Assembly: GCA_036500145.1 (NCBI GenBank)
Contig: DASYCO010000066.1
Coordinates: forward strand, 47,602 to 111,601
Reading direction: 5' to 3'
Source: Alphaproteobacteria bacterium
GTDB taxonomy: Bacteria; Pseudomonadota; Alphaproteobacteria; SMXQ01
Length of the DNA stretch: 64,000 nucleotides
Shown: piece by piece, positions 20,303 to 29,923 of the stretch
Numbering within the stretch: the first letter of the stretch is position 1
Layout of the letters: every line of letters starts with the position of its first letter
Position numbers and translations under genes: made by a program
Notes under the pieces: model-generated
The model's input: the letters and a program-made list of their open reading frames with translations, nothing else
The model's database searches: none
What the model was told of the DNA's origin: nothing

Positions 20303-20793
20303 GCGCGCCGCCCCCTGTCGTTGCGCGCGCCCTTTTCCGTGCGCGCGTCGGGCGCGCCGCCGCTCATGTGCGTGCCGGTCTTGCGCAGCGCCGTCTCGAG
20401 GTCTTGCAGCAGGGCAGGGAACGGACGGGTCATGGTTTGCTGGCGGCCGATGATGACGTAGTCGTACGCGGCGCGGGCTTGCGACGGCAGGATCGCTTCG
20501 GCGGCGGCCTTCAGGCGGCGGCGTGCCCGGTTGCGGGTCACCGCGTTGCCGACCTTGCGGCTGACGGTGAAGCCGACCCGCAGGACGTCGGCGGCCGGCG
20601 GCATGGGCCGCGCCCTCGTGTGAACTGGGGCGGGAGCCGAGGCGTCGGAAGCCGGAGAAGGTTGAGCGGCGGAACTAAGGGCGGCGTCGCGGTGCCAGGC
20701 TTGCAGGATCAGACCGGGGGCCGCCCATTTGCGGCCCTGGCTCGCGACGACCAGGAATTCCCGCCGCCGCTTGAGGCGGTCGAGAACTCCCAT
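20299..20793 (-). CDS. rnpA: ribonuclease P protein component
   Basis: LKRRREFLVV...VGFTVSRKVGNAVTRNRARRRLKAA...DYVIIGR. ATG 20793 (MGVLDRLK) is chosen. The protein carries a Pro/Ala/Ser-rich insertion and a basic tail. Confidence 0.85.
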   Translation of the reverse strand: MGVLDRLKRRREFLVVASQGRKWAAPGLILQAWHRDAALSSAAQPSPASDASAPAPVHTRARPMPPAADVLRVGFTVSRKVGNAVTRNRARRRLKAAAEAILPSQARAAYDYVIIGRQQTMTRPFPALLQDLETALRKTGTHMSGGAPDARTEKGARNDRGRRA

Positions 20794-20797
20794 AGGA

Positions 20798-20932
20798 CTA
20801 GGCGGACAGGCGCTTGCGGCCCTGCTTGCGGCGATTGGACAGCACCGCGCGGCCACCGACGGTCGCCATGCGCGCGCGGAAGCCGTGCCGACGCTTGCGG
20901 ACGAGGACGCTGGGTTGATAGGTGCGCTTCAC
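20798..20932 (-). CDS. rpmH: 50S ribosomal protein L34
   Basis: Not in the supplied track because it is only 44 aa. My minus-strand translation is (V)[43 protein letters not shown], with a GTG start preceded by GAGGGAG. Confidence 0.95.
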   Translation of the reverse strand: MKRTYQPSVLVRKRRHGFRARMATVGGRAVLSNRRKQGRKRLSA

Positions 20933-21239
20933 GGGGAAACTCCCTCAGACGGCTTAAAAGTAAAGGTAAGGCCCGCTGTATAAGGGTTGGGTCTCGGGAA
21001 GTCAACGCGCTTTGGCCGAAATCCCGGGGCGGCGCCAGGATCGCCAGAATCTCACAATATTGTGTTAATTCAATCAGTTAATGCGAAAATATGGTGTGAC
21101 CGCAGGATCGGTCGGCCGCCGCGACGGGAGAAGCGACGGCCTGCCGTAAAAAGGGCGTGCGGCAAGGTCCTGCTTTTGCCGGCGAACCGGCGCGTTTTCG
21201 ACCGCCGAACCACCCCCCGCATGGGATAAACTGCGCTTC

Positions 21240-22697
21240 ATGCCGGATTCCTCGAAATCCTTGCCGCCGCCTTACCGGAGCCTGTCGGCCCGCCTCCTCG
21301 TGCTGACGATGTCCTTCGTCATGATGGCCGAAGTGCTGATCTTCGTGCCGTCGATCGCGCGCTTCCGCTCGACCTATTTCGAGGACCGCATCGCCGCCGC
21401 GCACCTGGCCGCCCTGGCGCTCGAGGCGACGCCCGACAACATGCTGAGCCGCGACCTGCAGGACGAGCTGCTGCGCCATGTCGGCGCCCACAGCGTCGTG
21501 ATGCAGCGGCGCGAATCCAAGGCGCTCATCCTCTCCGACGACCAGCCGCTGGAGATCGACGACATGGTCAGCCTGCGCCGCGAGATGTTCTTCGACCGCA
21601 GCGCCGCCGTCGTCGAGACGCTGATGCAGTCGGCCAACCGCGTGCTGCGCGTGCGCGGCCCGTCGCCGCAGGACCCGAACGTCACCATCGAGCTGGTGAT
21701 GGACGAGACGCCGCTGCGCGAAGCCATGTGGGACTTCACAGAGCGCATCATGTTCGTCTCGGCCATCGTGTCGCTGCTGACGGCGGTGCTGGTCTACATC
21801 AGCCTGCGCTGGATGATGGTGCGTCCGATGCGCCGCCTCACCGAGAGCATGATGGCTTTCCGCGAGAACCCGGACGACCCGAGTCGCGTCATCGTGCCGA
21901 GCAAGCGCACCGACGAGATCGGGCTCGCCGAGGCGGAGCTGGCGACGCTGCAGCAGCGCCTGCGCGCCGCCCTCGGCCAGCGCTCGCGCCTGGCGGCGCT
22001 CGGCGAGGCGGTGGCCAAGATCAACCACGACCTGCGCAACATCCTGTCGACGGCGCAGCTCATGTCCGACCGGCTCGGCATGAGCAACGACCCACAGGTC
22101 AAGCGTACGGCGCCGATGCTGATGAAGGCGATCGACCGTGCCATCAACCTCTGCGTGCGCACGATGGACTTCGCCAAGCCGCGCCCCGAGATCGTGCCGA
22201 GCAGCTTCCCGCTGCGCGACCTGGTGACCGACGTGACGACCTGGGTCTCGCCGACGCTGGCCGACAAGGCCGAGATCGTCAACAGCGTGCCGGCCGGCTT
22301 CAGGATCTACGCCGACCGCGACCAGCTCGCGCGCGTCCTGAGCAACCTGCTGCGCAACGCCGGCACGGCGGGCGCCACGCGCATCGCCATCGGCGCCCGC
22401 GCCGACAACGACGACGAGACCCAGCGCGTCGTCATCGACGTCGCCGACAACGGGCCCGGCCTGCCGGAGAACGTGAAGCAGCGCCTGTTCCAGCCCTTCG
22501 CCGGCTCGCCGCGCGACGGCAGCACCGGCCTCGGCCTCGCCATCGTGCGCGACCTGGCGCGCGCCCATGGCGGCGACATCGCGCTGATCTCGACCGGCGA
22601 CGCCGGCACCGCCTTCCGCCTGACCCTGCCGCAGCCCGACGCGCGGCGCGCCCGGGCGCTGCGCCGGGCGTCCGGCGCCCCCCATCCCGCCGAATAG
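21240..22697 (+). CDS. sensor histidine kinase (two transmembrane helices, HAMP, HisKA, HATPase); no adjacent response regulator
   Basis: H-box INHDLRNILSTAQL, N-box LSNLLRNA, G-boxes DNGPGLP and GSTGLGLAIVRDL. Confidence 0.85.
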   Translation: MPDSSKSLPPPYRSLSARLLVLTMSFVMMAEVLIFVPSIARFRSTYFEDRIAAAHLAALALEATPDNMLSRDLQDELLRHVGAHSVVMQRRESKALILSDDQPLEIDDMVSLRREMFFDRSAAVVETLMQSANRVLRVRGPSPQDPNVTIELVMDETPLREAMWDFTERIMFVSAIVSLLTAVLVYISLRWMMVRPMRRLTESMMAFRENPDDPSRVIVPSKRTDEIGLAEAELATLQQRLRAALGQRSRLAALGEAVAKINHDLRNILSTAQLMSDRLGMSNDPQVKRTAPMLMKAIDRAINLCVRTMDFAKPRPEIVPSSFPLRDLVTDVTTWVSPTLADKAEIVNSVPAGFRIYADRDQLARVLSNLLRNAGTAGATRIAIGARADNDDETQRVVIDVADNGPGLPENVKQRLFQPFAGSPRDGSTGLGLAIVRDLARAHGGDIALISTGDAGTAFRLTLPQPDARRARALRRASGAPHPAE

Positions 22698-22727
22698 CTT
22701 CGGCAAGTCAGTCAAGGTGCGCCGTCC

Positions 22728-23510
22728 ATGCCCTGGGATCCTTCGCAGTACCTGAAGTTCGCAGCGCCGCGCGAGCGGCCCGCGCTTGACCTGCTGGCGC
22801 GCGTGCCGGCGTCCAATCCGGGCCGCGTCTACGACCTCGGCTGCGGCAGCGGCAACACGACGCGCCTGCTACAGCAGCGCTGGCCGCGCGCGCGCATCAC
22901 CGGCGTCGATTCCTCGGCCGAGATGCTGGCCGAGGCGCGCGCCACGGCGGCGGCCGGGCCGACGGTGCGCTACCCGCTGGAATATGTGCAGGCCGACCTC
23001 TCGACCTGGATGGCGGGAGATCCCGTCGACCTGCTCTATTCCAACGCCGCCCTCCACTGGCTGCCCGGCCATGAGCGGCTGTTTCCCAAGCTCATGCGCT
23101 CGCTGATGGCGCATGGCGCGCTCGCCGTGCAGATGCCGCGCGGCCATGGCAGCCCGCGCATCGACGCGCTCGTCGAGATCGCCCAGGACCCGCGCTGGCG
23201 CGACCGCGTGACGCCGCACCTGTTCCCCGAAGTGGCGCCGCCGGAGATCTTTCACGACTGGCTGGCGCGCGAATCGCGCGAGCTCGACATCTGGGAAACC
23301 GAATATCTCCACGTGCTGGCCGGCGAGGACGCGGTGGCCGAATGGACGCGCGGCTCGGCGCTCGCGCCCGTGCTCGGTGCCTTGAACGCCGACGAGGCCC
23401 AGGCGTTCTACAAGGCGTACGCCGACAGGATGCGCGTCGCCTACCCGCGGCGCGCCGACGGCGCGACCCTGCTGCCGTTCCGCCGCATCTTCATCGTCGC
23501 GGTGCGTTAG
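22728..23510 (+). CDS. tam: trans-aconitate 2-methyltransferase
   Basis: MPWDPSQYLKFAAPRERPALDLLARVP followed by the SAM motif VYDLGCGSGNTT. This is the typical Tam N-terminus. Confidence 0.8.
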   Translation: MPWDPSQYLKFAAPRERPALDLLARVPASNPGRVYDLGCGSGNTTRLLQQRWPRARITGVDSSAEMLAEARATAAAGPTVRYPLEYVQADLSTWMAGDPVDLLYSNAALHWLPGHERLFPKLMRSLMAHGALAVQMPRGHGSPRIDALVEIAQDPRWRDRVTPHLFPEVAPPEIFHDWLARESRELDIWETEYLHVLAGEDAVAEWTRGSALAPVLGALNADEAQAFYKAYADRMRVAYPRRADGATLLPFRRIFIVAVR

Positions 23511-23659
23511 AGGGCCGGTTACCTACCCAATACCGGTAGGTAAATCAATGGGTTGGGCAATTCCATTTTGCGGCGCGTCATAAACGGCGTACAACGCCCG
23601 CCCTTGCTTCGCGTATCGTTGCCATGCTTCCCCTTTGGGCCCCTTCGGGAGGTGCCGCC

Positions 23660-24547
23660 ATGTCGACCATCACGTCTACCTCGGCCAAGCCGATCACGGT
23701 GCCTGAACTGCGCGCGCGCAAGGGCGGCACCCCCATCGTCTGCCTCACGGCCTACACCGCGCCGATGGCGCGCCGGCTCGACCCTTACGTCGACCTGCTG
23801 CTGGTCGGCGATTCGCTCGGCATGGTCGTCTACGGCTTCGACAGCACGCTGCCCGTCACGCTTGAGATGATGATCGCCCACGGCGCAGCCGTGGCGCGCG
23901 GCTCCAGCCACGCCTGCGTCGTCGTCGACCTGCCCTTCGCCACCTACCAGGCCTCGCCGGCCGACGCCTACCGCGCCGCCGCGCGCGTCATCGCCGAGAC
24001 CGGCGCCGACGCGGTGAAGCTCGAAGGCGGCGTCGAGATGGCCGAGACGGTCGCCTTCCTCGCCGCGCGCGACATCCCCGTGCTGGGCCATGTCGGCCTG
24101 ATGCCGCAGTCGGTCCGCGCCGCCGGCGGCTACAAGGTGCGCGGCCGCAGCGGCAAGGACGCCGAACAGGTCATCGCCGACGCCGAGGCCATCGCGGCCG
24201 CGGGCGCCTTCGGCATCGTCGTCGAAGGCACCGTCGAGCCGGTGGCGCGCGAACTGACGCAGCGCGTCGCCGTGCCCACCATCGGCATCGGCGCCTCGGC
24301 TGCCTGCGACGGCCAGGTTCTCGTCATCGACGACATGCTCGGCGTCTTCACCGAGTTCACGCCGAAGTTCGTCAAGCGCTACGCCGACCTCGGCAGCGAA
24401 ATCGAGACGGCGGCGCAGGCCTATGCGCGCGACGTGCGCTCGCGCGCCTTCCCGGGCGACGAGCACATCTTCGGCGGCGGCCCGTCGCTGCAGCATTCGG
24501 ACGGCCAGCTGCCCGGCGGCAAGGGCAAGGCGCCCAAGCGGGCCTGA
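23660..24547 (+). CDS. panB: 3-methyl-2-oxobutanoate hydroxymethyltransferase
   Basis: LTAYTAPMA...[13 protein letters not shown]...VKLEGG...[12 protein letters not shown] 23660 is preceded by GGGAGG. Confidence 0.92.
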   Translation: MSTITSTSAKPITVPELRARKGGTPIVCLTAYTAPMARRLDPYVDLLLVGDSLGMVVYGFDSTLPVTLEMMIAHGAAVARGSSHACVVVDLPFATYQASPADAYRAAARVIAETGADAVKLEGGVEMAETVAFLAARDIPVLGHVGLMPQSVRAAGGYKVRGRSGKDAEQVIADAEAIAAAGAFGIVVEGTVEPVARELTQRVAVPTIGIGASAACDGQVLVIDDMLGVFTEFTPKFVKRYADLGSEIETAAQAYARDVRSRAFPGDEHIFGGGPSLQHSDGQLPGGKGKAPKRA

Positions 24548-24558
24548 TCCCCTTCAGC

Positions 24559-25431
24559 ATGGCCGTTTCATCCCTGTCGTCTTCCATCGCCATCGCGCGC
24601 GGCGTGCCTGAGCTGCGCACGCGCGTGCGCGCCTGGCGCGAGGCGGGCGCGAGCGTCGCCCTGGTGCCGACCATGGGCGCGCTGCACGACGGCCATCTCA
24701 GCCTCGTGCGCCAGGCCTTCGCCCATTGCGACCGCGTGATCGTCACGCTCTTCGTCAACCCGACCCAGTTCGGCCCCGGCGAGGACTTCACGCGCTATCC
24801 GCGCGACGAGGGCGCCGACGCCGCCAAGCTTGCCGCCGCCGGCGTCGACCTGCTCTACGCGCCCGACGCGAAGACGATGTACGCCGACGGCTTCGCCACC
24901 ACGGTGACGGTGGCGGGCCTGACCGACGGCATGGAGGGCGCGGTGCGCCCCGGCCATTTCGCCGGCGTCGCCACGGTGGTGGCCAAGCTGCTCAGCCAGG
25001 CGCAGGCCGACGACGCCTATTTCGGCGAGAAGGACTATCAGCAGCTCGCCGTCGTGCGCCGCATGGCGGCCGACCTCGACATCGCCACGCGCATCCACGG
25101 CGTGGCGACGGTGCGCGAGGCCGACGGCCTGGCGCTGTCGTCGCGCAACGCCTATCTCACGCTGGAGCAGCGCCAGGCCGCCCCGGCGCTGCAGCGCGCG
25201 CTGGCCGAGGCCGCGAAGGGACTGCAGGCCGGCCGCCCGGCCGCCGAGCTGCTGGCGCAGGCCTGCGCCGCGATCCTCGCGGCGGGCTTCAACGAAGTGG
25301 ACTATGTCGAGCTGCGCGATGCCGAAAGCCTGACGCCGGTAACACGACCGACGCGCCCGGCCCGCCTGCTCGCCGCCGCGCGCCTGGGCGCGACGCGTCT
25401 GCTGGACAACGTCGCCGTCCTGCCGCAGTAA
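24559..25431 (+). CDS. panC: pantoate--beta-alanine ligase
   Basis: VPTMGALHDGHLSLV, VSLFVNPTQF-like (VTLFVNPTQF), FGEKDYQQ. Confidence 0.93.
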   Translation: MAVSSLSSSIAIARGVPELRTRVRAWREAGASVALVPTMGALHDGHLSLVRQAFAHCDRVIVTLFVNPTQFGPGEDFTRYPRDEGADAAKLAAAGVDLLYAPDAKTMYADGFATTVTVAGLTDGMEGAVRPGHFAGVATVVAKLLSQAQADDAYFGEKDYQQLAVVRRMAADLDIATRIHGVATVREADGLALSSRNAYLTLEQRQAAPALQRALAEAAKGLQAGRPAAELLAQACAAILAAGFNEVDYVELRDAESLTPVTRPTRPARLLAAARLGATRLLDNVAVLPQ

Positions 25432-25462
25432 GCGCCGTCGCCGTCCCGCGGGCTATACGCCT

Positions 25463-26161
25463 TCAGCCCGCCTTCTTCAGCGCCATGCCGTCGAGGTGGG
25501 CGACGATCTCCTCGGCATGCATCACGTCGGCGTATTTGTGGTGCAGGTCGAACAGCGCCACCTTGTGCGACAGCACCGAGCGGTCGTAGCAGCATTCCTC
25601 GGCGACCGTCATGTGGAAGCCGTAATTGAACCCGTCGATCGTGCTGGCGCGCAGGCAGCCCGAGGTGCTTTCGCCGCACATGACGAGGCTGCGCACGCCC
25701 AGCATCTGCAGATGCGCGACGAGCGGCGTGCCGAAGAAGCCCGAGGCGCGTTCCTTCTCGATGACGAGGTCGCCCGGCTGCGGCGCGAAATCCTTCCAGA
25801 TGCGAAAGCCGTCGGGGGCGGCGTCGCTGGATGAGCGCTGGCGGTTCGTGGCGACGACGCGGCTCTTGCCGGCCTTGCCCGTGGTGTAGATCACCGGGAT
25901 GCCGGCGGCGCGCGCCGCCGCGAACAGCTTCTTGGTCGGCTCGATGGCGGTCCAGGCATGGATGCCGCAGGAGCCGGGGAATGCCTTGTTCACTTCGGAC
26001 ACCGGCTTCGGCCCGCCGGCATAGACCTTCTCGTAGAGGTCGATGGCGAGCAATGCGGGCTTCGGCCCGACGACGCGCTCCTGGCGGTTGAAGAACTCGC
26101 GGTAGATCTGCATCTCGTCGGCGTCCACCACGTCGTCCCAGCAATGATCGGCGCGTACCAT
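25463..26161 (-). CDS. isochorismatase-family cysteine hydrolase
   Basis: ALLAIDLYE (Asp) and LVMCGESTSGCLRAST (nucleophile Cys). The start MVRADH is chosen for its AAGGAG spacing; track ATG 26203 is an alternative. Confidence 0.75.
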   Translation of the reverse strand: MVRADHCWDDVVDADEMQIYREFFNRQERVVGPKPALLAIDLYEKVYAGGPKPVSEVNKAFPGSCGIHAWTAIEPTKKLFAAARAAGIPVIYTTGKAGKSRVVATNRQRSSSDAAPDGFRIWKDFAPQPGDLVIEKERASGFFGTPLVAHLQMLGVRSLVMCGESTSGCLRASTIDGFNYGFHMTVAEECCYDRSVLSHKVALFDLHHKYADVMHAEEIVAHLDGMALKKAG

Positions 26162-26286
26162 GGTCATCTCCTTGGTTGAGCGGTTCAACGGGGGAAGGGC
26201 CATTCTGGGCCGCCTGTCGGCGGCTTGTCAAAAAGCCGCGCGGGGCCCTAGGGAGCACCGCCCAGGAGCATCCGGGTGCGCAAAAC

Positions 26287-26315
26287 AAAAGGGCCGCCCG
26301 ATGGGGCGGCCCTTT
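26287..26315 (-). terminator. rho-independent terminator downstream of the coiled-coil lipoprotein gene
   Basis: Stem GGGCCGCCC / GGGCGGCCC with a 4-nt loop, followed by TTTTGTTTTG on the minus strand. Confidence 0.8.
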
Positions 26316-26366
26316 CGCGATCCGATACGCGCTGGCTCCAGCGCATATATTCGTCAGCGCATCGAT

Positions 26367-27518
26367 TTAGCGCACGTAGATGTGGACTTCGCTGCTCTGC
26401 GCGTCGGCGCTGGAGGTCGAGGACAGGCTGAGCCGGCTGGCCGGCAGGCCCATGCCCGTGAGCGAGCGCATGACGTTCTCGGCGTTGTGGCGCGCGGTCG
26501 TCGTGTTGGCGGCGGCCTGGGCGGCGGTGCCCCGGTTGGGCGCCACGGCGACGAGGTCGAACATCGCCTGCGGCCGGCGCTCGAGGGCGCGGTTCACGGC
26601 GGTGTAGAGCGCCTGCTGGTAGTCGACGTCCTGGCGGTCGAAGCGGATGACGACGAGCGGGCGGCGCGCCGCGAGGTCGGCCGGGCTGCTGGCCGGGGCG
26701 ACCGGGCGCGTGCCGTTGACCGGCACGTTCACGTCGTAGGCGCGGTTCGCCAGGCTGGTGCCGAGCATCTCGCCGTTCTTGATCGCCAGCGACATGGTCG
26801 TCAGGTTGCGGCGCTCGTTGGCCAGGTAGTTCATCTGGCGCGTCACGTCGTCGTTCAGCTCGTTGAGCAGGCGGTCGACCAGCACGACGCTGCGGTTGAC
26901 GTCGTCTTCGAGCACCGCGAGCTGGCGGTGGTCTTCGTCGACGGCGCCCGAGAGGCCGTAGGTCGCGCGCGTGGTCTCAAGCAGGTAGGAGGCGGTGGTG
27001 GAGTCCGAGGCGACCTGGTTGGCCAGGGTGTTCATCTTGGCCACGTCGCTCGAGATCGAGTCGAGCTGCTGCTGCGCCGTGTTCCACTGCTGCACGAGGA
27101 TCGGGTTGCCCGGCGTCGTGCCGACCTGCAGGCGCGAGTTGATCGTGGCGATGCTGGAATGGTAGCGCTGCGCGTTCGCCACGGTCTCGCTGCGGATCGA
27201 CTGCAGCTGGCTGTTGTACTGGCTGACCGAGGTCTGCAGGCGGCCAAGGTCGTCGCGCATCGACTGGATCTTGCGGCCGACGTCGGTGCCGGTCGGCGCG
27301 CCCGGGGTGACCGGGCTGGGTTCGAAGCTGGAGGTGCCGAGGGCCGGCGGCGCGCCCGGCTCGTTCGGGCCCGGCGGAATGTCGACGCGCTGCGGCGAGG
27401 CGGAACTGCTGCTGCTTTCGCCCGCCATCGGCGAGAACAATGTGTCAGAAACGGCCGCGCAGCCCGTGAGAAGCATCGCCGCCGTGAAGGCTGCGGCGTA
27501 ATTGGTCAATCGGGCCAT
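26367..27518 (-). CDS. hypothetical lipoprotein with a long coiled coil and an OmpA-C-like C-terminal domain (degenerate)
   Basis: Lipobox MARLTNYAAAFTAAMLLTGC, a Ser/Pro-rich linker, and about 200 aa of heptad-like Q/L/S/N-rich sequence. The C-terminus VVIRFDRQDVDY...FDLVAVAP...ARHNAENVMRSL...EVHIYVR follows OmpA_C topology without the clear peptidoglycan-binding residues. Confidence 0.6.
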   Translation of the reverse strand: MARLTNYAAAFTAAMLLTGCAAVSDTLFSPMAGESSSSSASPQRVDIPPGPNEPGAPPALGTSSFEPSPVTPGAPTGTDVGRKIQSMRDDLGRLQTSVSQYNSQLQSIRSETVANAQRYHSSIATINSRLQVGTTPGNPILVQQWNTAQQQLDSISSDVAKMNTLANQVASDSTTASYLLETTRATYGLSGAVDEDHRQLAVLEDDVNRSVVLVDRLLNELNDDVTRQMNYLANERRNLTTMSLAIKNGEMLGTSLANRAYDVNVPVNGTRPVAPASSPADLAARRPLVVIRFDRQDVDYQQALYTAVNRALERRPQAMFDLVAVAPNRGTAAQAAANTTTARHNAENVMRSLTGMGLPASRLSLSSTSSADAQSSEVHIYVR

Positions 27519-27876
27519 GTCGACGAATACCCCTATGTCTCCGGCTGGCACACCGCGAATGTGACGCGTGCCTCTCGAACCGGAATGGTTCTATGAGAGA
27601 GGCAAACTTTTCACAACCCCTTAATATCCCTGAAATTCTAATGAAGGGCGGCGCGTCTCACAAGTGCGATCCCGCGCTGCGGCAGGCGGTACGGGCATTG
27701 GGGACCTACTGTTGCCGGCAAGTGACTGGCCTTGGGTCGATTGCCCCCGAATCGGGGTGATTCGGTCAAGTTGCGGCTTGAGGGCGGAAGCTCGCAACGA
27801 GCCTTGCCAAGGCGGGTGCGGTTGAGTAGTGTCCGGCCCTTCCAAACGGCCGGCCGGTTCTCGGCAGGCCCCTTGC

Positions 27877-27953
27877 GCGCTCGTAGCTCAGCTGGATAGA
27901 GCATCAGACTACGAATCTGAGGGTCGGAGGTTCGAATCCTTCCGAGCGCGCCA
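27877..27953 (+). tRNA. tRNA-Arg (anticodon ACG)
   Basis: Hand-folded cloverleaf: acceptor GCGCTCG/CGAGCGC, D arm GCTC-AGCTGGATA-GAGC, anticodon stem TCAGA/TCTGA with loop CTACGAA, T arm GGAGG-TTCGAAT-CCTTC, discriminator G, CCA encoded. Confidence 0.93.
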
Positions 27954-28127
27954 TTCTCCCCAATTTAACCGTTGATTAACCCTAAGCGACGAACGGGCTG
28001 CCAGCAGCCCGCAGGGAATCGCGCGGTCGCCCGTTTATCTCTATGAAGCCCGGCGCGGACGATGGTCCCGCCGCCCCCCTCGCCCGATCCGGCCGGCTCG
28101 CCGTCGGGTGCGCTTTAGGAGATCGTT

Positions 28128-28649
28128 ATGAAGAAATTCTTCCCCGTGACTGCCGCCGCCGTGGTGCTTGCCGCGGGTCTCGCGTCCGGCGCCGCCATGG
28201 CCGTCCCGCCGGCGCCCCATGCGCCGTCCTCGGGCGCCGTGCCTGCCGCCTACGGTCCGGACGGCCAGCGCCCGCAGCATGCCCGTCCCGGCGCGGAGCG
28301 CGGCCATCGCCCGATGAGCGTCGAGCAGCGCGCCGAACGCATGAAGGCGCGCCTGAAGATCACCGACGCGCAGAAGCCCCAGTGGGACGCGCTGGTCGGC
28401 GTCATGCAGAAGCAGGCCAAGGCCTTCGCCTCGGCGCGCGCCGAGTTCTGGCAGAAGAAGGCCAGCGGCGAGACGCCGAAGGTGCTGACCACGCCGGAAC
28501 GCATGGCCCAGCGCGACCAGGCGATGCAGACGCGCCTCAACGGCCGGCATGAGTTCACGACCGCCTTCACGAACCTCTATGCCAGCATGAGCCCCGATCA
28601 GAAGAAGATCGCCGACGACATGCTGTCTGGTCGTCATCATCGGCGCTAA
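28128..28649 (+). CDS. Spy/CpxP-family (LTXXQ-motif) periplasmic protein
   Basis: Signal peptide MKKFFPVTAAAVVLAAGLASGAAMA, and LTXXQ-like motifs KITDAQKPQWDAL and MSPDQKKIADDM. Confidence 0.65.
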   Translation: MKKFFPVTAAAVVLAAGLASGAAMAVPPAPHAPSSGAVPAAYGPDGQRPQHARPGAERGHRPMSVEQRAERMKARLKITDAQKPQWDALVGVMQKQAKAFASARAEFWQKKASGETPKVLTTPERMAQRDQAMQTRLNGRHEFTTAFTNLYASMSPDQKKIADDMLSGRHHRR

Positions 28650-28826
28650 GCTCCCTTCGGGCTTGGCAGCCCGCGTCGGCCGCGCCGGAGTCTCTCCGGC
28701 GCGGCCGGCCGGCCGCCGGCCCTTTGCCGCAAGACGCGGCGAGGAATAGGAAAGGGGCCAAGGATGCTGCGCGCGGTCGATGTCGGCCAAGTGGCGTCCC
28801 GGGTCGCACAACGGCCGACGGGGCGG

Positions 28827-29393
28827 ATGCAGGACGCGAGCGACGAGGAACTGGTGGCGCTGATTGGTGGTGGGGACCGCCGCGCCTATCACGTCCTCGT
28901 CGAACGGCACGGCCGGCGCGTGCTCGGCCTGGCGCGCCGAATGACGCGCAACCTGGCCGAGGCGGAAGACATCTCGCAGGACGCCTTCCTGCGCGTCTGG
29001 CAGAAGGCGGCGGAATGGCAGCCGCGCGGCGCGCGCTTCACTACCTGGCTCTACCGCGTGGTGGTGAACCTGTGCATCGACCGCCGCCGCAAGCCGAGCT
29101 TCGCGCCGATCGAGGCGGCGGGCGATCCCGCCGATTCGCGGCCCGACGCGGAGCAGACGCTGGTCGCCGTCGAGCGCGACCGCCATGTGAAGGCGGCGCT
29201 GGACGCCTTGCCGGAGCGCCAGCGCGCGGCGCTGGTGCTGAGCTATTACGAGGGATTGAGCAACGTGGAGGCCGCTGGGGCCTTGGAGCTGTCGGTCTCC
29301 GCGTTGGAATCGCTGCTGGTGCGCGCCCGTCGCGCGCTGCGCCAGGAGCTGCAGGGCCGCGGCGTTGAGACCGCGACGAAGGAGGAGCCATGA
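28827..29393 (+). CDS. ECF-type RNA polymerase sigma-70 factor
   Basis: Region 2: AEDISQDAFLRVW...FTTWLYRVVVNLCIDRRR. Region 4: LPERQRAALVLSYYEGLSNVEAAGALELSVSALESLLVRARRAL. ATG 28827 is chosen; track start 28764 is the alternative. Confidence 0.88.
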   Translation: MQDASDEELVALIGGGDRRAYHVLVERHGRRVLGLARRMTRNLAEAEDISQDAFLRVWQKAAEWQPRGARFTTWLYRVVVNLCIDRRRKPSFAPIEAAGDPADSRPDAEQTLVAVERDRHVKAALDALPERQRAALVLSYYEGLSNVEAAGALELSVSALESLLVRARRALRQELQGRGVETATKEEP

Positions 29394-29923
29394 CGCCAAG
29401 CACGACGACGGCAGTCATGCCGATCGAGCGCCTGACACAGATTCTCGCCGCCTACGGCGCTTCGCCGCAGCGCTGGCCCGAGCACGAGCGCGCCGCGGCG
29501 GAAAGCCTGCGCGCCCGCATCCTGGCGGCGGGCTCGCCGCAGGAGCGCGCTATGCTGGCTGAAGCCTTGCGCGAGGCCGACGGCCTCGACGACGTACTGT
29601 CCGGCCTGTCCGCCGAGGTGCCCGACGCGGCCGTCGCGCGCCTGACGGCGGCGCTGGCTTTTCCGCCGGCGCATGCGCCGAAGCGGAGCTGGACGGTCTT
29701 CGGCCTGGTCCATGCCGTGCTGCGGCCGAGCGCCGCCTTTGCGGCGACCATGGCCGCCCTCGGCATCGTCCTCGGCCTGTCGGTCGATCCCGCCTATTCG
29801 AGCGGCGACGGCAGCGACTACACGGTGGCGCAGACGGCGGACGCGTCGCCTGCCGACGCCCTGCTCGACGGGCTGTCGCTCGACGGCAACGACCTGAACA
29901 GCAACGGAGACGCAGCGCCATGA
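29390..29923 (+). CDS. putative anti-sigma factor (single-pass membrane protein)
   Basis: ATGA overlap with the sigma factor gene. One transmembrane helix (AAFAATMAALGIVLGL). The call rests on position and architecture; no motif was recognised. Confidence 0.5.
   Translation: MTPSTTTAVMPIERLTQILAAYGASPQRWPEHERAAAESLRARILAAGSPQERAMLAEALREADGLDDVLSGLSAEVPDAAVARLTAALAFPPAHAPKRSWTVFGLVHAVLRPSAAFAATMAALGIVLGLSVDPAYSSGDGSDYTVAQTADASPADALLDGLSLDGNDLNSNGDAAP

Noticed and set aside
21065-21081. Possible CtrA box (TTAA…TTAA).
   Set aside because: The spacing is N9 rather than the N7 of the TTAA-N7-TTAA(C) consensus.
20933-21239. Possible chromosomal origin, because rpmH-rnpA-yidC flank oriC/dnaA in many bacteria.
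   Set aside because: No dnaA gene is adjacent and I found no TTATCCACA-like DnaA boxes. Alphaproteobacterial origins are typically near hemE rather than rpmH.
27519-27876. A roughly 360-bp gene-free stretch before tRNA-Arg that might hide an sRNA. It contains short hairpins such as CCGAATC-GGGGT-GATTCGG.
   Set aside because: It has no terminator-like end, no recognisable motif and no convincing promoter. It most simply holds the lipoprotein-gene promoter and the tRNA promoter. There is not enough evidence to call a feature.
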